This document shows positions 1-9,778 of a DNA stretch of 64,000 nt, one piece after another. Each line of letters starts with the position of its first letter. The stretch's first letter is position 1. This DNA is from Phycisphaerae bacterium. Its GTDB lineage: Bacteria; Planctomycetota; Phycisphaerae; UBA1845; Fen-1342. Under the pieces are notes generated by a model. The model was given only the letters and a program-made list of their open reading frames with translations, was not told the DNA's origin and made no database searches. The stretch spans positions 576,001 through 640,000 of the forward strand of contig CAXXWX010000026.1 in assembly GCA_963675745.2 (NCBI GenBank). Reading direction: 5' to 3'. Made by a program: the position numbers and the translations under genes.

Positions 1-88
1 CGTCACCGGCTGATGCCGGTGCAGCCCGTGCGGGCGGCGACGAAGTCGGCATAGTTGGCATGCGGACGCAGTGCCAACGCAGGAAGGT

Positions 89-97
89 TGTTATAAT
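89..97 (+). promoter_or_regulatory. Extended -10 sigma70-type promoter for csrA(-fliC)
   Basis: Perfect TGnTATAAT (tgttataat) about 170 nt upstream of the csrA ATG; no convincing -35. Confidence 0.55.
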
Positions 98-264
98 GAC
101 CGAACCAGGCTACGAAAGCCATGGACAGTCAGCCGGGTGCATCTTCCCCGAGCGGCCGCGCGCCGACGCATCGCTGTCGGGCGTGACCGCGAGCAGGTCA
201 CCAGGAACGGACCGGGCGGATGCCACCCAAAGGCACATCAGCATAACCCAGGAAGGAGCCGCGG

Positions 265-507
265 ATGTTGGTGCTCTCAAGACAACGAGACGAGTCCATC
301 ACAATCGGCGACAACGTTCAAGTAACTATCGTCGATATTCGGGGAGACAAAGTCCGCTTGGGCATTGTCGCGCCTCCCGAGATTCCAGTTCACCGCAAGG
401 AGGTGTACGACGCGATTCAGCGCGAGAATCGCAGGGCCGCAAAGGTCGGAGAGGAAGACCTGGCCCGAGTCGACACACCGCCGACACCTCCGGGCAAGAG
501 ACACTGA
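265..507 (+). CDS. csrA: Carbon storage regulator CsrA
   Basis: [48 protein letters not shown] is canonical CsrA; AGGAG SD; adjacent to flagellin. Confidence 0.97.
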   Translation: MLVLSRQRDESITIGDNVQVTIVDIRGDKVRLGIVAPPEIPVHRKEVYDAIQRENRRAAKVGEEDLARVDTPPTPPGKRH

Positions 508-559
508 GCAGTGCGGTACGGAATATCGGGATAAGCGTTTTGGAACACACAGCCACGAA

Positions 560-576
560 CCGTTCAAGGAGGATGG
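560..576 (+). promoter_or_regulatory. Putative CsrA-binding hairpin overlapping the flagellin SD
   Basis: ccgttc-AAGGA-ggatgg: a 6-bp stem (with G.U pairs) presenting AAGGA in the loop, just before ATG 580. Confidence 0.6.
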
Positions 577-579
577 CAA

Positions 580-2010
580 ATGGCTCGCATTAACACAAAC
601 GTTGGGGCGGTAATCGCCCAGCGCCACCTGGGCACGGCCTACAAGAGCTTGGGCGCGACGCTCGAGCGGCTCAGCACAGGACTGCGTATTAACCACGGCA
701 AAGACGATCCCGCCGGTCTGATTGTCTCCGAGCAATTGCGAAGCGAGATCAGCGCTGTAAGTCAGGCAATCCGCAACTCGCAACGCGCCTCGACGATTAT
801 CGCCACCACAGAGGGGGCGCTGGATGAAGTTGCCAGCCTGCTGCGCGATATTCAGGAAAAGATCGTCGAGGCGGCAAACCGTGGCGCGATGTCCGACGAG
901 GAAATCGACGCCAACCAGTTGCAGATCGACTCCGCCATCGCCAGCATCACGCGCATCGCCAACACAACCACGTTCGCGGACCGCAATCTGCTCGACGGAT
1001 CGCTGGCGTACGTGGCCAGCGGCGTGGATCAGAACGATATCGCCACTCTCGCCATGCACGGCGTCCAATTCGGCACGCTCAGCCAGGTAACCTGCAACGT
1101 CGAGGTGACCGTATCGGCACAGCCGGCGACGCTCGAGTTCCGCGCCAGCGGCGTGACTAACGAGGTCTCAATCGAGATTCAGGGCAAGACCGGTGCCACG
1201 ACGTTATCGTTTGCCTCGAACACCAACGCCGCCCAGATTGCATCTGCGATCAACTCGATCAGCGACGCCACCGGACTCTCGGCCACCGCGTCAGGTGCCG
1301 CCGGGCTGTCGGGATTCCGACTCGACAGCAAGCGCTATGGCAGCCGGCAATTCGCGCAGATTACAGTTCTGCCCGGCGGCGGGACGTTTGCAACCGTCGA
1401 TACCGCCGGTAATCCGGCGACCCGTGTCACCGGTCGCGACGCGACGGCGACGATCAACGGAGCCAAGACGATCGGTGATGGGAATCACCTCTCGCTGAAG
1501 ACCTCCACCCTCGATCTCGAGCTGACACTCGACTCCGGGTTTGGGGTAGGAACAACCAGCTTCGTGATTACATCCGGCGGTGCGATGTTCCAGGTTGGGC
1601 CACACGTGAACAGCAACTTACAGGTCGGCATCGGCGTACAGTCGGTGGCGGCCTCGCGGCTGGGAACGACCGAGATCGGCTTCCTGTCGCAGGTGGTGAC
1701 CGGTGGCGAGTTCTCGTTGACGAGCGGAGAGGAGATGCAGGCCTCCGAGATCGTCACGGAGGCAATCCGCCAGGTGGCAGTCATGCGCGGCCGGCTGGGT
1801 GCCTTCGAGAAGAACACGCTGGACACGAACATTAACCAGCTCGGCATCACGATGGAAAACCTGATGTCGGCCGATTCCACCATTCGTGACGCCGACTTCG
1901 CCTATGAAACCTCGCAGTTGTCGCGGAATCAGGTGCTGGTGCAATCCGGCACGTCGGTGCTTGGCCTGGCCAACCAGGTACCGCAAATCGCCCTTCAACT
2001 GCTGGGTTAG
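580..2010 (+). CDS. fliC: Flagellin (476 aa)
   Basis: N-terminal MARINTN...LERLSTGLRIN..KDDPAGL; C-terminal RGRLGAFEKN...IRDADFAYE...QIALQLLG. Confidence 0.96.
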   Translation: MARINTNVGAVIAQRHLGTAYKSLGATLERLSTGLRINHGKDDPAGLIVSEQLRSEISAVSQAIRNSQRASTIIATTEGALDEVASLLRDIQEKIVEAANRGAMSDEEIDANQLQIDSAIASITRIANTTTFADRNLLDGSLAYVASGVDQNDIATLAMHGVQFGTLSQVTCNVEVTVSAQPATLEFRASGVTNEVSIEIQGKTGATTLSFASNTNAAQIASAINSISDATGLSATASGAAGLSGFRLDSKRYGSRQFAQITVLPGGGTFATVDTAGNPATRVTGRDATATINGAKTIGDGNHLSLKTSTLDLELTLDSGFGVGTTSFVITSGGAMFQVGPHVNSNLQVGIGVQSVAASRLGTTEIGFLSQVVTGGEFSLTSGEEMQASEIVTEAIRQVAVMRGRLGAFEKNTLDTNINQLGITMENLMSADSTIRDADFAYETSQLSRNQVLVQSGTSVLGLANQVPQIALQLLG

Positions 2011-2025
2011 CGGACTCTGGAGGGA

Positions 2026-2056
2026 GCGGATCGGCCGTAGCCGGCGGCCGATCCGC
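2026..2056 (+). terminator. Stem-loop after the first flagellin (terminator or stability hairpin)
   Basis: gcggatcggccg-N7-cggccgatccgc, a perfect 12-bp stem; no U-tract. Confidence 0.5.
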
Positions 2057-2221
2057 AGGCTATTCCAAGGAAACCAAGACGGCGTGCGCGGGGGGGCCTA
2101 TAAGAGCGCCGCCCGCCGGCCGTCCGCGTGCCCGCCCGCTCCGCTGGGCCATAGACGCGTACCGGCGGAGATGCTGGTCCCACGGCGGAACCACCCAGAA
2201 ATAGCGATACCGTGCGACAAT

Positions 2222-2249
2222 TAAAGCAGAGGGGATTCCCGGACGATGC
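2222..2249 (+). promoter_or_regulatory. Possible sigma28 (FliA) promoter of the second flagellin
   Basis: TAAAG-N15-GACGATGC compared with consensus TAAA(G)-N15-GCCGATAA; about 100 nt upstream of the flagellin start. Confidence 0.45.
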
Positions 2250-2331
2250 TGCCGGTGACAAGTTCAGCGGACCCCGGGCGAGGTACCGGTGAGGTTCGCG
2301 ACCGTTTGCCCGTCGGCGCGGGAGTCCGAGT

Positions 2332-2345
2332 CGCCTTTGGAGGCG
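2332..2345 (+). promoter_or_regulatory. Hairpin enclosing the SD/GGA of the second flagellin
   Basis: cgcc-tttgga-ggcg ends 7 nt before ATG 2353. Confidence 0.45.
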
Positions 2346-2352
2346 TAGCACC

Positions 2353-3807
2353 ATGAGCCGCATCAACACGAATATTCCATCACTGGTTGCACAGCGTGTC
2401 CTGAACACGAACAACTCGGCACTGAACACGTCGCTCAACCGGCTGAGCACGGGCCTGCGGATCAATTCGGGACGAGATGATCCCGCCGGGCTGATCGCTT
2501 CGGAAGAGCTGCGCGCCGAGAAGAGGGCCATTAACGCCGCTATCACGAACATCGCCCGCGCGAACAATGTGATCGGTACGGCCGAAGGCGGCCTGGTGGA
2601 AGTCAACAAGCTGCTGACCGACCTGGAAGACCTGATCGACCGCAGCTCGAGTGAGGCCAGCATCAGCGAAGATGAGCGTGACGCCAACCAGCTCCAGATT
2701 GACTCTATCCTGGCCTCGATCGACCGCTTTGCCAATACCACCCAGTTTCAGGGGCGGCGTCTGCTGAGCGGTGAGCTCGACTACACAACTTCCGGAGTCG
2801 TCGACACGAACCTGGCGGGCATACAAATCAACGCCGCCAGCGTACCCAATGACGGCTACCGCACGGTGACGATCGACGTCGTGACATCCGCCGAAGTGGC
2901 CGCGATTGACTACACCGGCTCCACCACCTCCGGCGGCACGGTAACCATCGAGGTGGTGGGTAACCTGGGGACCGAAGTTGTGACGTTCGGGTCGGGCACG
3001 ACCGTGGCGGAGATGGCCCTGGCGATCAACCAGAGCACTCTGCTGACCGGCGTGTCAGCGGCCACGTCGGGCGGCGACTCGCTCCTGCTGCGCAGCACCG
3101 ACTACGGGTCAACCCAGTACGTGCAAGTGAACATCATCGACGACTCCACGACCGGTGGCGGCAGCGACTTCACCGCCAACATCAATGGGGGCGGCTCATC
3201 GACGCACCAGGAATACGGCGTCGACGCCAACGTCAAGATCAACGGCGCGACCGCGATCACCGATGGCCTGAAGGCCTCGGTTCGAACCACGGTCCTGAGT
3301 GTCGATCTGGAGTTAACGGCTGCGTTTGGTGCCGGTGCCGCAGCGGGCACGACCACGTTTGATATCACCGGCGGCGGTGCCGACTTCATGCTGTCACCGT
3401 CGGTCAGCTTCTCGGGCCTGGCGTCCATCGGTTTGCCGTCGGTGACAACCAGCAACCTCGGACTGACCGGCAGCGATGTTCTGTCGTCGCTGGCGACCGG
3501 TAAAGCCAACGCGCTGGCATCGGGCAACTATAGCACGGCCCAACAGATCGTACGTGCCGCCCAGGACCAAGTGTCGTTTCTGCGTGGCCGACTGGGCGCG
3601 TTTCAGAAAGACACCTTGGCAACGACATCGAATGCTCTGAGCGTGACGTACGAGAACATCGCCGCCGCTGAGAGCGTGATTCGCGAGACGGACTTTGCGG
3701 CGGAGACGGCCGCGCTGACACGCTCGCAGATCCTGGTGCAGGCGGCGACCAACACGCTGCGGATAGCAAACGCCAACCCGCAGAATGTGCTGGCGCTGTT
3801 GTCTTAG
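2353..3807 (+). CDS. fliC: Flagellin (484 aa), second paralog
   Basis: MSRINTN...LNRLSTGLRINSGRDDPAGL; C-terminal RGRLGAFQ...IRETDFAAE...PQNVLALLS. Confidence 0.96.
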   Translation: MSRINTNIPSLVAQRVLNTNNSALNTSLNRLSTGLRINSGRDDPAGLIASEELRAEKRAINAAITNIARANNVIGTAEGGLVEVNKLLTDLEDLIDRSSSEASISEDERDANQLQIDSILASIDRFANTTQFQGRRLLSGELDYTTSGVVDTNLAGIQINAASVPNDGYRTVTIDVVTSAEVAAIDYTGSTTSGGTVTIEVVGNLGTEVVTFGSGTTVAEMALAINQSTLLTGVSAATSGGDSLLLRSTDYGSTQYVQVNIIDDSTTGGGSDFTANINGGGSSTHQEYGVDANVKINGATAITDGLKASVRTTVLSVDLELTAAFGAGAAAGTTTFDITGGGADFMLSPSVSFSGLASIGLPSVTTSNLGLTGSDVLSSLATGKANALASGNYSTAQQIVRAAQDQVSFLRGRLGAFQKDTLATTSNALSVTYENIAAAESVIRETDFAAETAALTRSQILVQAATNTLRIANANPQNVLALLS

Positions 3808-3836
3808 TACCACAACCCACCACTCCCTGAAATGAA

Positions 3837-3886
3837 GCGACGGGGTCTCTGGCCGCCACTGGCGGTCGGAACCCCGTCGTCTCTTT
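3837..3886 (+). terminator. Long hairpin, likely intrinsic terminator between convergent genes
   Basis: gcgacggggt-ctctggccgcc-act-ggcggtcgga-accccgtcgt followed by ctcttt. Confidence 0.6.
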
Positions 3887-4000
3887 CGGTGCGCCTCTCG
3901 ATCTGATGATCGCTTCCAGCACGCGCAAGGCGGCGGCAGGCGTCAACTGCTGCCGACCTGCTCGCGCAGCATTGGCGTGTACCACCCGCCCCACCGCCGC

Positions 4001-5209
4001 CTACGCGCTCAGCAATTCATCGTGCGGGCCCGTCCACAGATTCGCGCCGGGGATTTCGCTCCAGCCCGGCAGAGGCAGGGTCACCGGACGGCGCGCCCAG
4101 TGCATCCGCAGACGGCGCTGGACGGCGGTCCAATCGGGAATTCCGCTGGTGGCATCGGGCCGCTCGACGTTGCAGGCACCAACCGCGACGGCGCTCGTGA
4201 GAGCGTCTTCGGGAGACTGCTCCCGCAGAAAACCCGCCAGGAAACCGGCGATTGCGCAGTCACCCGCCCCGGTGGTGCCTTGGACCTCGACGGCGAGACA
4301 GGGTGCCAGCAGTTCGCGACCGCACCAGGTCTGTATGCGCTGCCCCGCCGGGGCACACGCCCCCATGGCCGCGAGCCTGGCGATGTCGGCCGACGTTCGC
4401 AGGTACATGCCATGGTCCCCCAGCTTCAGGACGATAACCGCCGCGCCCGCTGCCAGGAGCCGATCGGCGACGCGCGCCAGCAATCCGCCGTCGATTGCGT
4501 CGGCTTCGGGGCTGTTTGTCGTTCGGTAATACTGCTCCCGATCGAGCATGAAGAGCGTCTCCTCGATGCTCGGCAGAAAGATGTCCACGTAGGGCAGCAC
4601 GCGCTTGAGCAACCTCTCCCAGTCGGTCCGCGCCGCGTCAGAGTCCGGGTCAATGCCGGCCATATCTAGCGTCACCGTCAAGCCGCGCTGCCTGGCAGCG
4701 CGTAAAAGCGCCTCAAGCTCGGAACCGTCATCCGCGCGCATGCAACGCATCAGCGGTGGATAGCCGAAGTGGAACATACGCGCACCGGCCACGCGGCTGA
4801 AGTCAACGTCCGCCGCGCTGAAGCTGTCATTGGCACCGGGACAGTGCAGGAACATGCGGTCGACGCCGGGGGGGTTGATCACAACGGCGTACGAGGTGGC
4901 CTCGTCGTCGGATATGACTATGTCGTCTGCCAGTGACGCCCCGGCCGCTCGCAGAATGCTCAGCACGGCCTGCCCGAACGGATCATTGCCCACTTTGCCG
5001 ACGAGCCGGGTCTTGACGCCAAGCCGGTGCAGCGCGAGTCCCGTGTTTGACACGGCGCCCCCTGTGGACACCGCTGCCGGGCCGACGACGCTGAGCTTCC
5101 CGGGAACCAGAAGCGAGCTCATGTCGGCGTGTCGAGTGTCGAGCGCGGGAATGATGTCCAGGCAGATATGACCGGCCACGATGACGTCGGCGTGATTACT
5201 CGGCAACAT
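4001..5209 (-). CDS. PfkB/ribokinase-family carbohydrate kinase
   Basis: GGAVSNTGLAL.RLG...VGKVGNDPFG and the PfkB signature TTGAGDCAIAGF. Confidence 0.92.
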   Translation of the reverse strand: MLPSNHADVIVAGHICLDIIPALDTRHADMSSLLVPGKLSVVGPAAVSTGGAVSNTGLALHRLGVKTRLVGKVGNDPFGQAVLSILRAAGASLADDIVISDDEATSYAVVINPPGVDRMFLHCPGANDSFSAADVDFSRVAGARMFHFGYPPLMRCMRADDGSELEALLRAARQRGLTVTLDMAGIDPDSDAARTDWERLLKRVLPYVDIFLPSIEETLFMLDREQYYRTTNSPEADAIDGGLLARVADRLLAAGAAVIVLKLGDHGMYLRTSADIARLAAMGACAPAGQRIQTWCGRELLAPCLAVEVQGTTGAGDCAIAGFLAGFLREQSPEDALTSAVAVGACNVERPDATSGIPDWTAVQRRLRMHWARRPVTLPLPGWSEIPGANLWTGPHDELLSA

Positions 5210-5660
5210 GGCAGCCTCACTGAGTTAGCAGGTTTACTACGCCCGCGTGTCGAGTGTAACACGCAAGGCCCCTGCCACTCACGCAGCTTGATGTCGTGCC
5301 AACGGCGAAACTCCCGCGCCCGGTCAGCCAGAGACATGCTGCGACTCAACCGGATGACAGACGCATATCATCGCGCGAAATCCGCGCACGGAAAGACACT
5401 ACCTGGGCCGTGGTCACACGATCTTCGACACACGGTGCCATTCTGCGAGCATTCGTGCGCGAGTCAAGTTGACATTAAGACGCGCGTAACGGGGCTGGTG
5501 TGCGAAGATGGTGTTCGCAGCGGGATGAGCGGCGGCGTTGAGTCCATCGCCGCTGGACAGCCGGTGCGGTTACGGCCGATAATCACACTAGTCGGAACCC
5601 GGCGGACAACCGCCCCGCCAATGAGCGCGGCGTTCACTTCTATCCTGAGGAGATCCGGAG

Positions 5661-7766
5661 ATGCGACCCAAGCCATTCGCGTTGGCGCTGGCAGTTATTA
5701 CCGCTGCCGTAGCGTGCCTGCTCACCGGCTGCCCACAACCGCAGGCCGGCTCATCGGCCGGTGACTCCCTGCTGGCCGCCTCATCCGCAAACGCCGCTTC
5801 GGTGACGAGTGCGGTCAGCAAGGCCGGCCAGATGCTGCAACAGGGCAGCGATGCAACAACGATCAACGCGGCACTGCTGACGCAACTTCAAGGCGACTCG
5901 CGCGTGGTCGGCTCCGGGCTGGACCCCACCGGCGAGACGGTCTGGGCGGACTTCATCGGTGGCGAATCGCACTGTTTTCTGGTCGTCGACCAGTCAAAGG
6001 ACACATCCGGAACGCTGAAGCCGATGCACCCGATCGAGCGGCCGCGCGCCCCCGGCACCGATGCCGGCTGTGCCGACATCAAGACCATCGCCCAGCAGCC
6101 GACCCAGCCGGCCACCGGCAGGACTTACACCATTCCGGGGAACAGCCGGGCACTGCTGGCAAACAGTCTGAGCTTCATCCACAGCAACTGGAGTATCAAT
6201 GACAGCACGGAGCTGATCGAGAAGATGCTCAAAGCACGCGGCTACACCACTGAACGCCACAATCTGACTATTGATGACTTTACGAAGCTCACAGACTATG
6301 GCGTGATCGTGCTGGAGGGGCACGGGCAGTGGCGCAATCCGCAATACGCGCCGGAGTTGCTGCAACTTCCGCCGGCGCTGGGAATTCCGAACACCGGCAC
6401 GTGCGGCGGCGCGTTCAGCCGGGTCAGCGTGTTGACGACAACGAAAGTCACCGAGCAGAACCTGGTCGACCACGCCGGCGATGTGGGCTGCGGGCGGCTG
6501 GTCCTCTGGAATGTGACGATCCTCCAGCCGGACGGGAAGATCGCCAAGGTGCAGTATTACGGCGTGACGCCGAACTACGTCCGCGAGTACGACAGCGGCA
6601 AGTTCCCGAAGAACACGATTTTCCTGATGAACGCGTGCCGCGGGATCCGCGGTGATCTGAGCAGCCCGTTCGCCGACCTGCTGTTCGAGAAGTGCGACCA
6701 GGGCGCGTGTTTTCTGGGATGGTCCGGCAAGGTGGAGTACGCCAAGGCGGCGCGGGCCGCGCTGTACCTGTTCCAGCTTATGACCTGCGCCAACGAAGAG
6801 AAGAAGGTAATGAACATCTACGGCGTGGAGAAGACGGTGCTTCAGAAATTCACGCCGCCGCAGGGTGGTGGTGCCACGTGGATGCTCAACGCCATGGCGG
6901 AGTTGAACCAGCAACTGTACTTGACCGACCTTGCCAGCGGCGCGCAGTTGACGCCGTTGATTCAGTCTCCCGGCACGACACAGCCGATGCTTGTCCCGCA
7001 TCCGCTGAGTTGGAGCGGCCCATCGCCCTGGCAATCCGGAGCGTTCGCGCTGGGGATGTTCAGTGACGCCCAACCCGCGATTACGATCGGCGGCACAAGC
7101 GTATCCGCAAGTGAAATCAACTACTGGGCCAACGTGTGGAACATCTCCGCCGTCCCATCTGGCGCGTACGGCGACATTGTCATCAAGCATGGGAACATAA
7201 GCAGCATCCCGAGGCCGCTGCGCCGCTGGCAACCCAGCATCACCGTCAAGGGCAACAGCGACGGCCTGGCCTACACGGTGACATTCACGCTGCTGGCCCG
7301 CGGGACGGTCGCGAACTTTCGCACGAGTGTGTGGCAGGACCCGCCACCCGCCACCTTTTTCGATGCCGAGTGGATAAAGGCTGGCAGCATCATCGCCTGG
7401 AACATCACGGGCCAGAAAGTGACACAGGACTACCGGTACGACTATAGCGGGTCCGGCTCGCGCGCATTTGGTGCGAACGACGGCGGTTATATGACCTGTG
7501 CATCGGACGGCAGTAGCGTCTCGCTGTCCGCGTCGGGTGAAGTCACCTACACGACAACGACGACCAACCTCAAGACCCAGAACGTAAGCACGTCGAACAA
7601 CTCCAAGGCGATCAGTATTTCGCGCAACGGCGTGAGCCTGTCGTCCAACTGGACAATCTCGGATGCCTCGTTCACGCAAGGCGTTGGCTTTAGTGATCAG
7701 GCGCAGGTCAGTTGGAACGCGATTGCGGCCGACCCGCCGTTCGACCCGAACGCCGAGCCGCGGTGA
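5661..7766 (+). CDS. Predicted lipoprotein with a clan CD (CHAT/C25-like) peptidase-fold motif
   Basis: Lipobox LLTGC; VIVLEGHG ... IFLMNAC ... ACFLGW; Ser/Thr-rich beta C-terminus. Confidence 0.7.
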   Translation: MRPKPFALALAVITAAVACLLTGCPQPQAGSSAGDSLLAASSANAASVTSAVSKAGQMLQQGSDATTINAALLTQLQGDSRVVGSGLDPTGETVWADFIGGESHCFLVVDQSKDTSGTLKPMHPIERPRAPGTDAGCADIKTIAQQPTQPATGRTYTIPGNSRALLANSLSFIHSNWSINDSTELIEKMLKARGYTTERHNLTIDDFTKLTDYGVIVLEGHGQWRNPQYAPELLQLPPALGIPNTGTCGGAFSRVSVLTTTKVTEQNLVDHAGDVGCGRLVLWNVTILQPDGKIAKVQYYGVTPNYVREYDSGKFPKNTIFLMNACRGIRGDLSSPFADLLFEKCDQGACFLGWSGKVEYAKAARAALYLFQLMTCANEEKKVMNIYGVEKTVLQKFTPPQGGGATWMLNAMAELNQQLYLTDLASGAQLTPLIQSPGTTQPMLVPHPLSWSGPSPWQSGAFALGMFSDAQPAITIGGTSVSASEINYWANVWNISAVPSGAYGDIVIKHGNISSIPRPLRRWQPSITVKGNSDGLAYTVTFTLLARGTVANFRTSVWQDPPPATFFDAEWIKAGSIIAWNITGQKVTQDYRYDYSGSGSRAFGANDGGYMTCASDGSSVSLSASGEVTYTTTTTNLKTQNVSTSNNSKAISISRNGVSLSSNWTISDASFTQGVGFSDQAQVSWNAIAADPPFDPNAEPR

Positions 7767-7842
7767 TTGAATCTGCCCTGGGGTATCGGCTCGGCCCGTC
7801 GCGCCCCTTGCCAATCGCGTCGAAGCCTGCACAATCGTCACT

Positions 7843-8415
7843 GTGAGCGATGAAAACACCAAAGGCACTCTCCGTCTAATCCACGGCTCGATGTTCTCGG
7901 GCAAGACCGAGCACATGATTGCGGAGCTGCGCCGCGAGCAGTCGCGGGGCCGCACAGTCAGAGCGTTCAAGCACTCAATCGATGATCGCTATGATGCGGA
8001 CCATCTCACCACGCACCGGCGCGATCGCTTCGAGGCTGTGCGCGTCGGCAGCGCCGAAGAAATCCCCGCCCTTTGCGCGGGCGCGCACCTGGTCGCGATT
8101 GAGGAGGGTCATTTCTTTGGACCAGCCCTGATTCCGGTTGTGCGCCAACTGCGCGAGCGCGGCATGACGGTGCTGGTGGCCGGAATAACCAACGATGCGT
8201 GGGGCCGGCCGTTTGATCCGATCCCGCAACTGCGCGAGATGGCGGACGAGGAAGTGCTCTTGCAGGCACCGTGCAGAGTCTGTGGCCGGCCCGCCCCGTA
8301 CACCCAGAGGATGGTCGCCGTGGACTCCGCCGTGATGGTCGGCGGCATCGACGAATACGAGCCGCGCTGCGCGGCCCATTTCACGCCGTTGTCGTCTCCC
8401 CCGGAGAAACGCTGA
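7843..8415 (+). CDS. tdk: Thymidine kinase
   Basis: GSMFSGKT P-loop, FKHSIDDRY, IEEGHFF, Zn-site CRVC...YEPRC..H. Confidence 0.95.
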   Translation: MSDENTKGTLRLIHGSMFSGKTEHMIAELRREQSRGRTVRAFKHSIDDRYDADHLTTHRRDRFEAVRVGSAEEIPALCAGAHLVAIEEGHFFGPALIPVVRQLRERGMTVLVAGITNDAWGRPFDPIPQLREMADEEVLLQAPCRVCGRPAPYTQRMVAVDSAVMVGGIDEYEPRCAAHFTPLSSPPEKR

Positions 8416-8416
8416 G

Positions 8417-9703
8417 ATGCTGCTGGCGCGCGGACTTCTGGGCATCGTTGTCCTGGTGGGACTGGCCTGGCTGTTGTCCTCGGACCGGCGGCGATTTCCG
8501 TGGAAGCTGGTCATCGGCGGGCTGGCCCTGCAATGGGTGCTGGCGTGGGTCGTCCTGCGAACCGACACCGGCCGCGCCGTTTTTGACGGCATCGGCCGGC
8601 TGGTGACGGCGATTCTGTTCGGCGCGGATGAGGGAGCGAAGTTCGTTTTCGGCCCGCTCGCGGGCGACAACCCGGACGTCGCATGGATGGCCATCGTCGG
8701 CATCAAGATCATGACCACCATCATCATCGTCGCCACCATTTCATCGATCGGTTACCACTACGGCGTGCTGCAACGCGTCGTGTCGGGCATGGCCTGGGCG
8801 ATGAGGCGCACCATGGGCGTCAGCGGCGCGGAGAGTCTGGCCGGCGCCGCCAACGTGTTTTTCGGGCAAACCGAAGCCCCGCTGCTCGTGCGTCCCTACA
8901 TTTCAAAGATGACCCAGTCTGAGCTGATGGCCCTGATGACCGGCGGATTCGCAACGGTGGCCGCCGGCGTGATGGCCGTTTACGTCAGCATCCTCTCGGG
9001 CGACGATGCGGAGCGCGCGGTGACGATCGCGCGACACCTGCTCACCGCCTGCCTGATGTCCGCGCCGGCCGCGTTTGTCATGGCCAAGGTGATGATCCCC
9101 GAACGCGACGCGGCCCACATCGCCGAGGTCGCCAAGATCTCGATGACGCGCGAAACCAAGAGCCTGGTGGATGCGATCACACGCGGCGCCTCGCAGGGCA
9201 TGACGCTGGCGATCAACGTGCTGGCGATGCTGATCGCGTTCATCGCGCTGATCGCGATCGTCGATAGGGGCCTGATCGCGCTCGGAGAACTGGCGTTCAT
9301 GGCCCCGCTGGTGGAGCGGATCGGCCTGGAGCAACTCGACCTGACCGGCATACTCGGCCTGATTTTCTCCCCAATCGCCTGGCTGATCGGCGTGGACGGC
9401 GCCGACTGCCGCCCTTTCGGCAGCCTGCTCGGCAAGGCAATGGTGACCAACGAGCTGATCGCCTACGGCTCGCTCAGCGACATCATACAGTCCGAGGCGA
9501 TGTCAAAACGCTCGATCCTGCTCGCGACGTACTGCCTCTGCGGGTTCGCGAACATCAGCTCGATCGGCATCCAGATCGGCGGCATCGGCGGCCTGGCCCC
9601 GGACCGTCGCGACGACCTCGTGCGCCTGGGGCCACGCGCCATGCTCGGCGGCGCCATGGCCTGCTGGACCACCGGCTGTATCGCCGGCGTGCTGGCACAG
9701 TAG
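8417..9703 (+). CDS. Concentrative nucleoside transporter (CNT, NupC-like)
   Basis: SGAES..AANVFFGQTEAPL, GGFATVAAGV, NELIAY, LCGFANISSIGIQIGG; coupled to tdk. Confidence 0.93.
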   Translation: MLLARGLLGIVVLVGLAWLLSSDRRRFPWKLVIGGLALQWVLAWVVLRTDTGRAVFDGIGRLVTAILFGADEGAKFVFGPLAGDNPDVAWMAIVGIKIMTTIIIVATISSIGYHYGVLQRVVSGMAWAMRRTMGVSGAESLAGAANVFFGQTEAPLLVRPYISKMTQSELMALMTGGFATVAAGVMAVYVSILSGDDAERAVTIARHLLTACLMSAPAAFVMAKVMIPERDAAHIAEVAKISMTRETKSLVDAITRGASQGMTLAINVLAMLIAFIALIAIVDRGLIALGELAFMAPLVERIGLEQLDLTGILGLIFSPIAWLIGVDGADCRPFGSLLGKAMVTNELIAYGSLSDIIQSEAMSKRSILLATYCLCGFANISSIGIQIGGIGGLAPDRRDDLVRLGPRAMLGGAMACWTTGCIAGVLAQ

Positions 9704-9778
9704 CGCGCCAGCGTGCCCCGAGGATCACACGCATGCGGCGCACTCGTGAGCCGAGGCCCGCTTGGCTGAATGGATGAC

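Noticed and set aside
1..13. Possible 3' end of fliW (GTC ACC GGC TGA)
   Set aside because: Too short to identify; suggested only by usual gene order.
5994..7970. Long antisense ORFs (for example 5994-7970, 18654-20570, 14963-16228, 41107-42279)
   Set aside because: These are shadow frames of real genes in high-GC DNA, with no motifs of their own.
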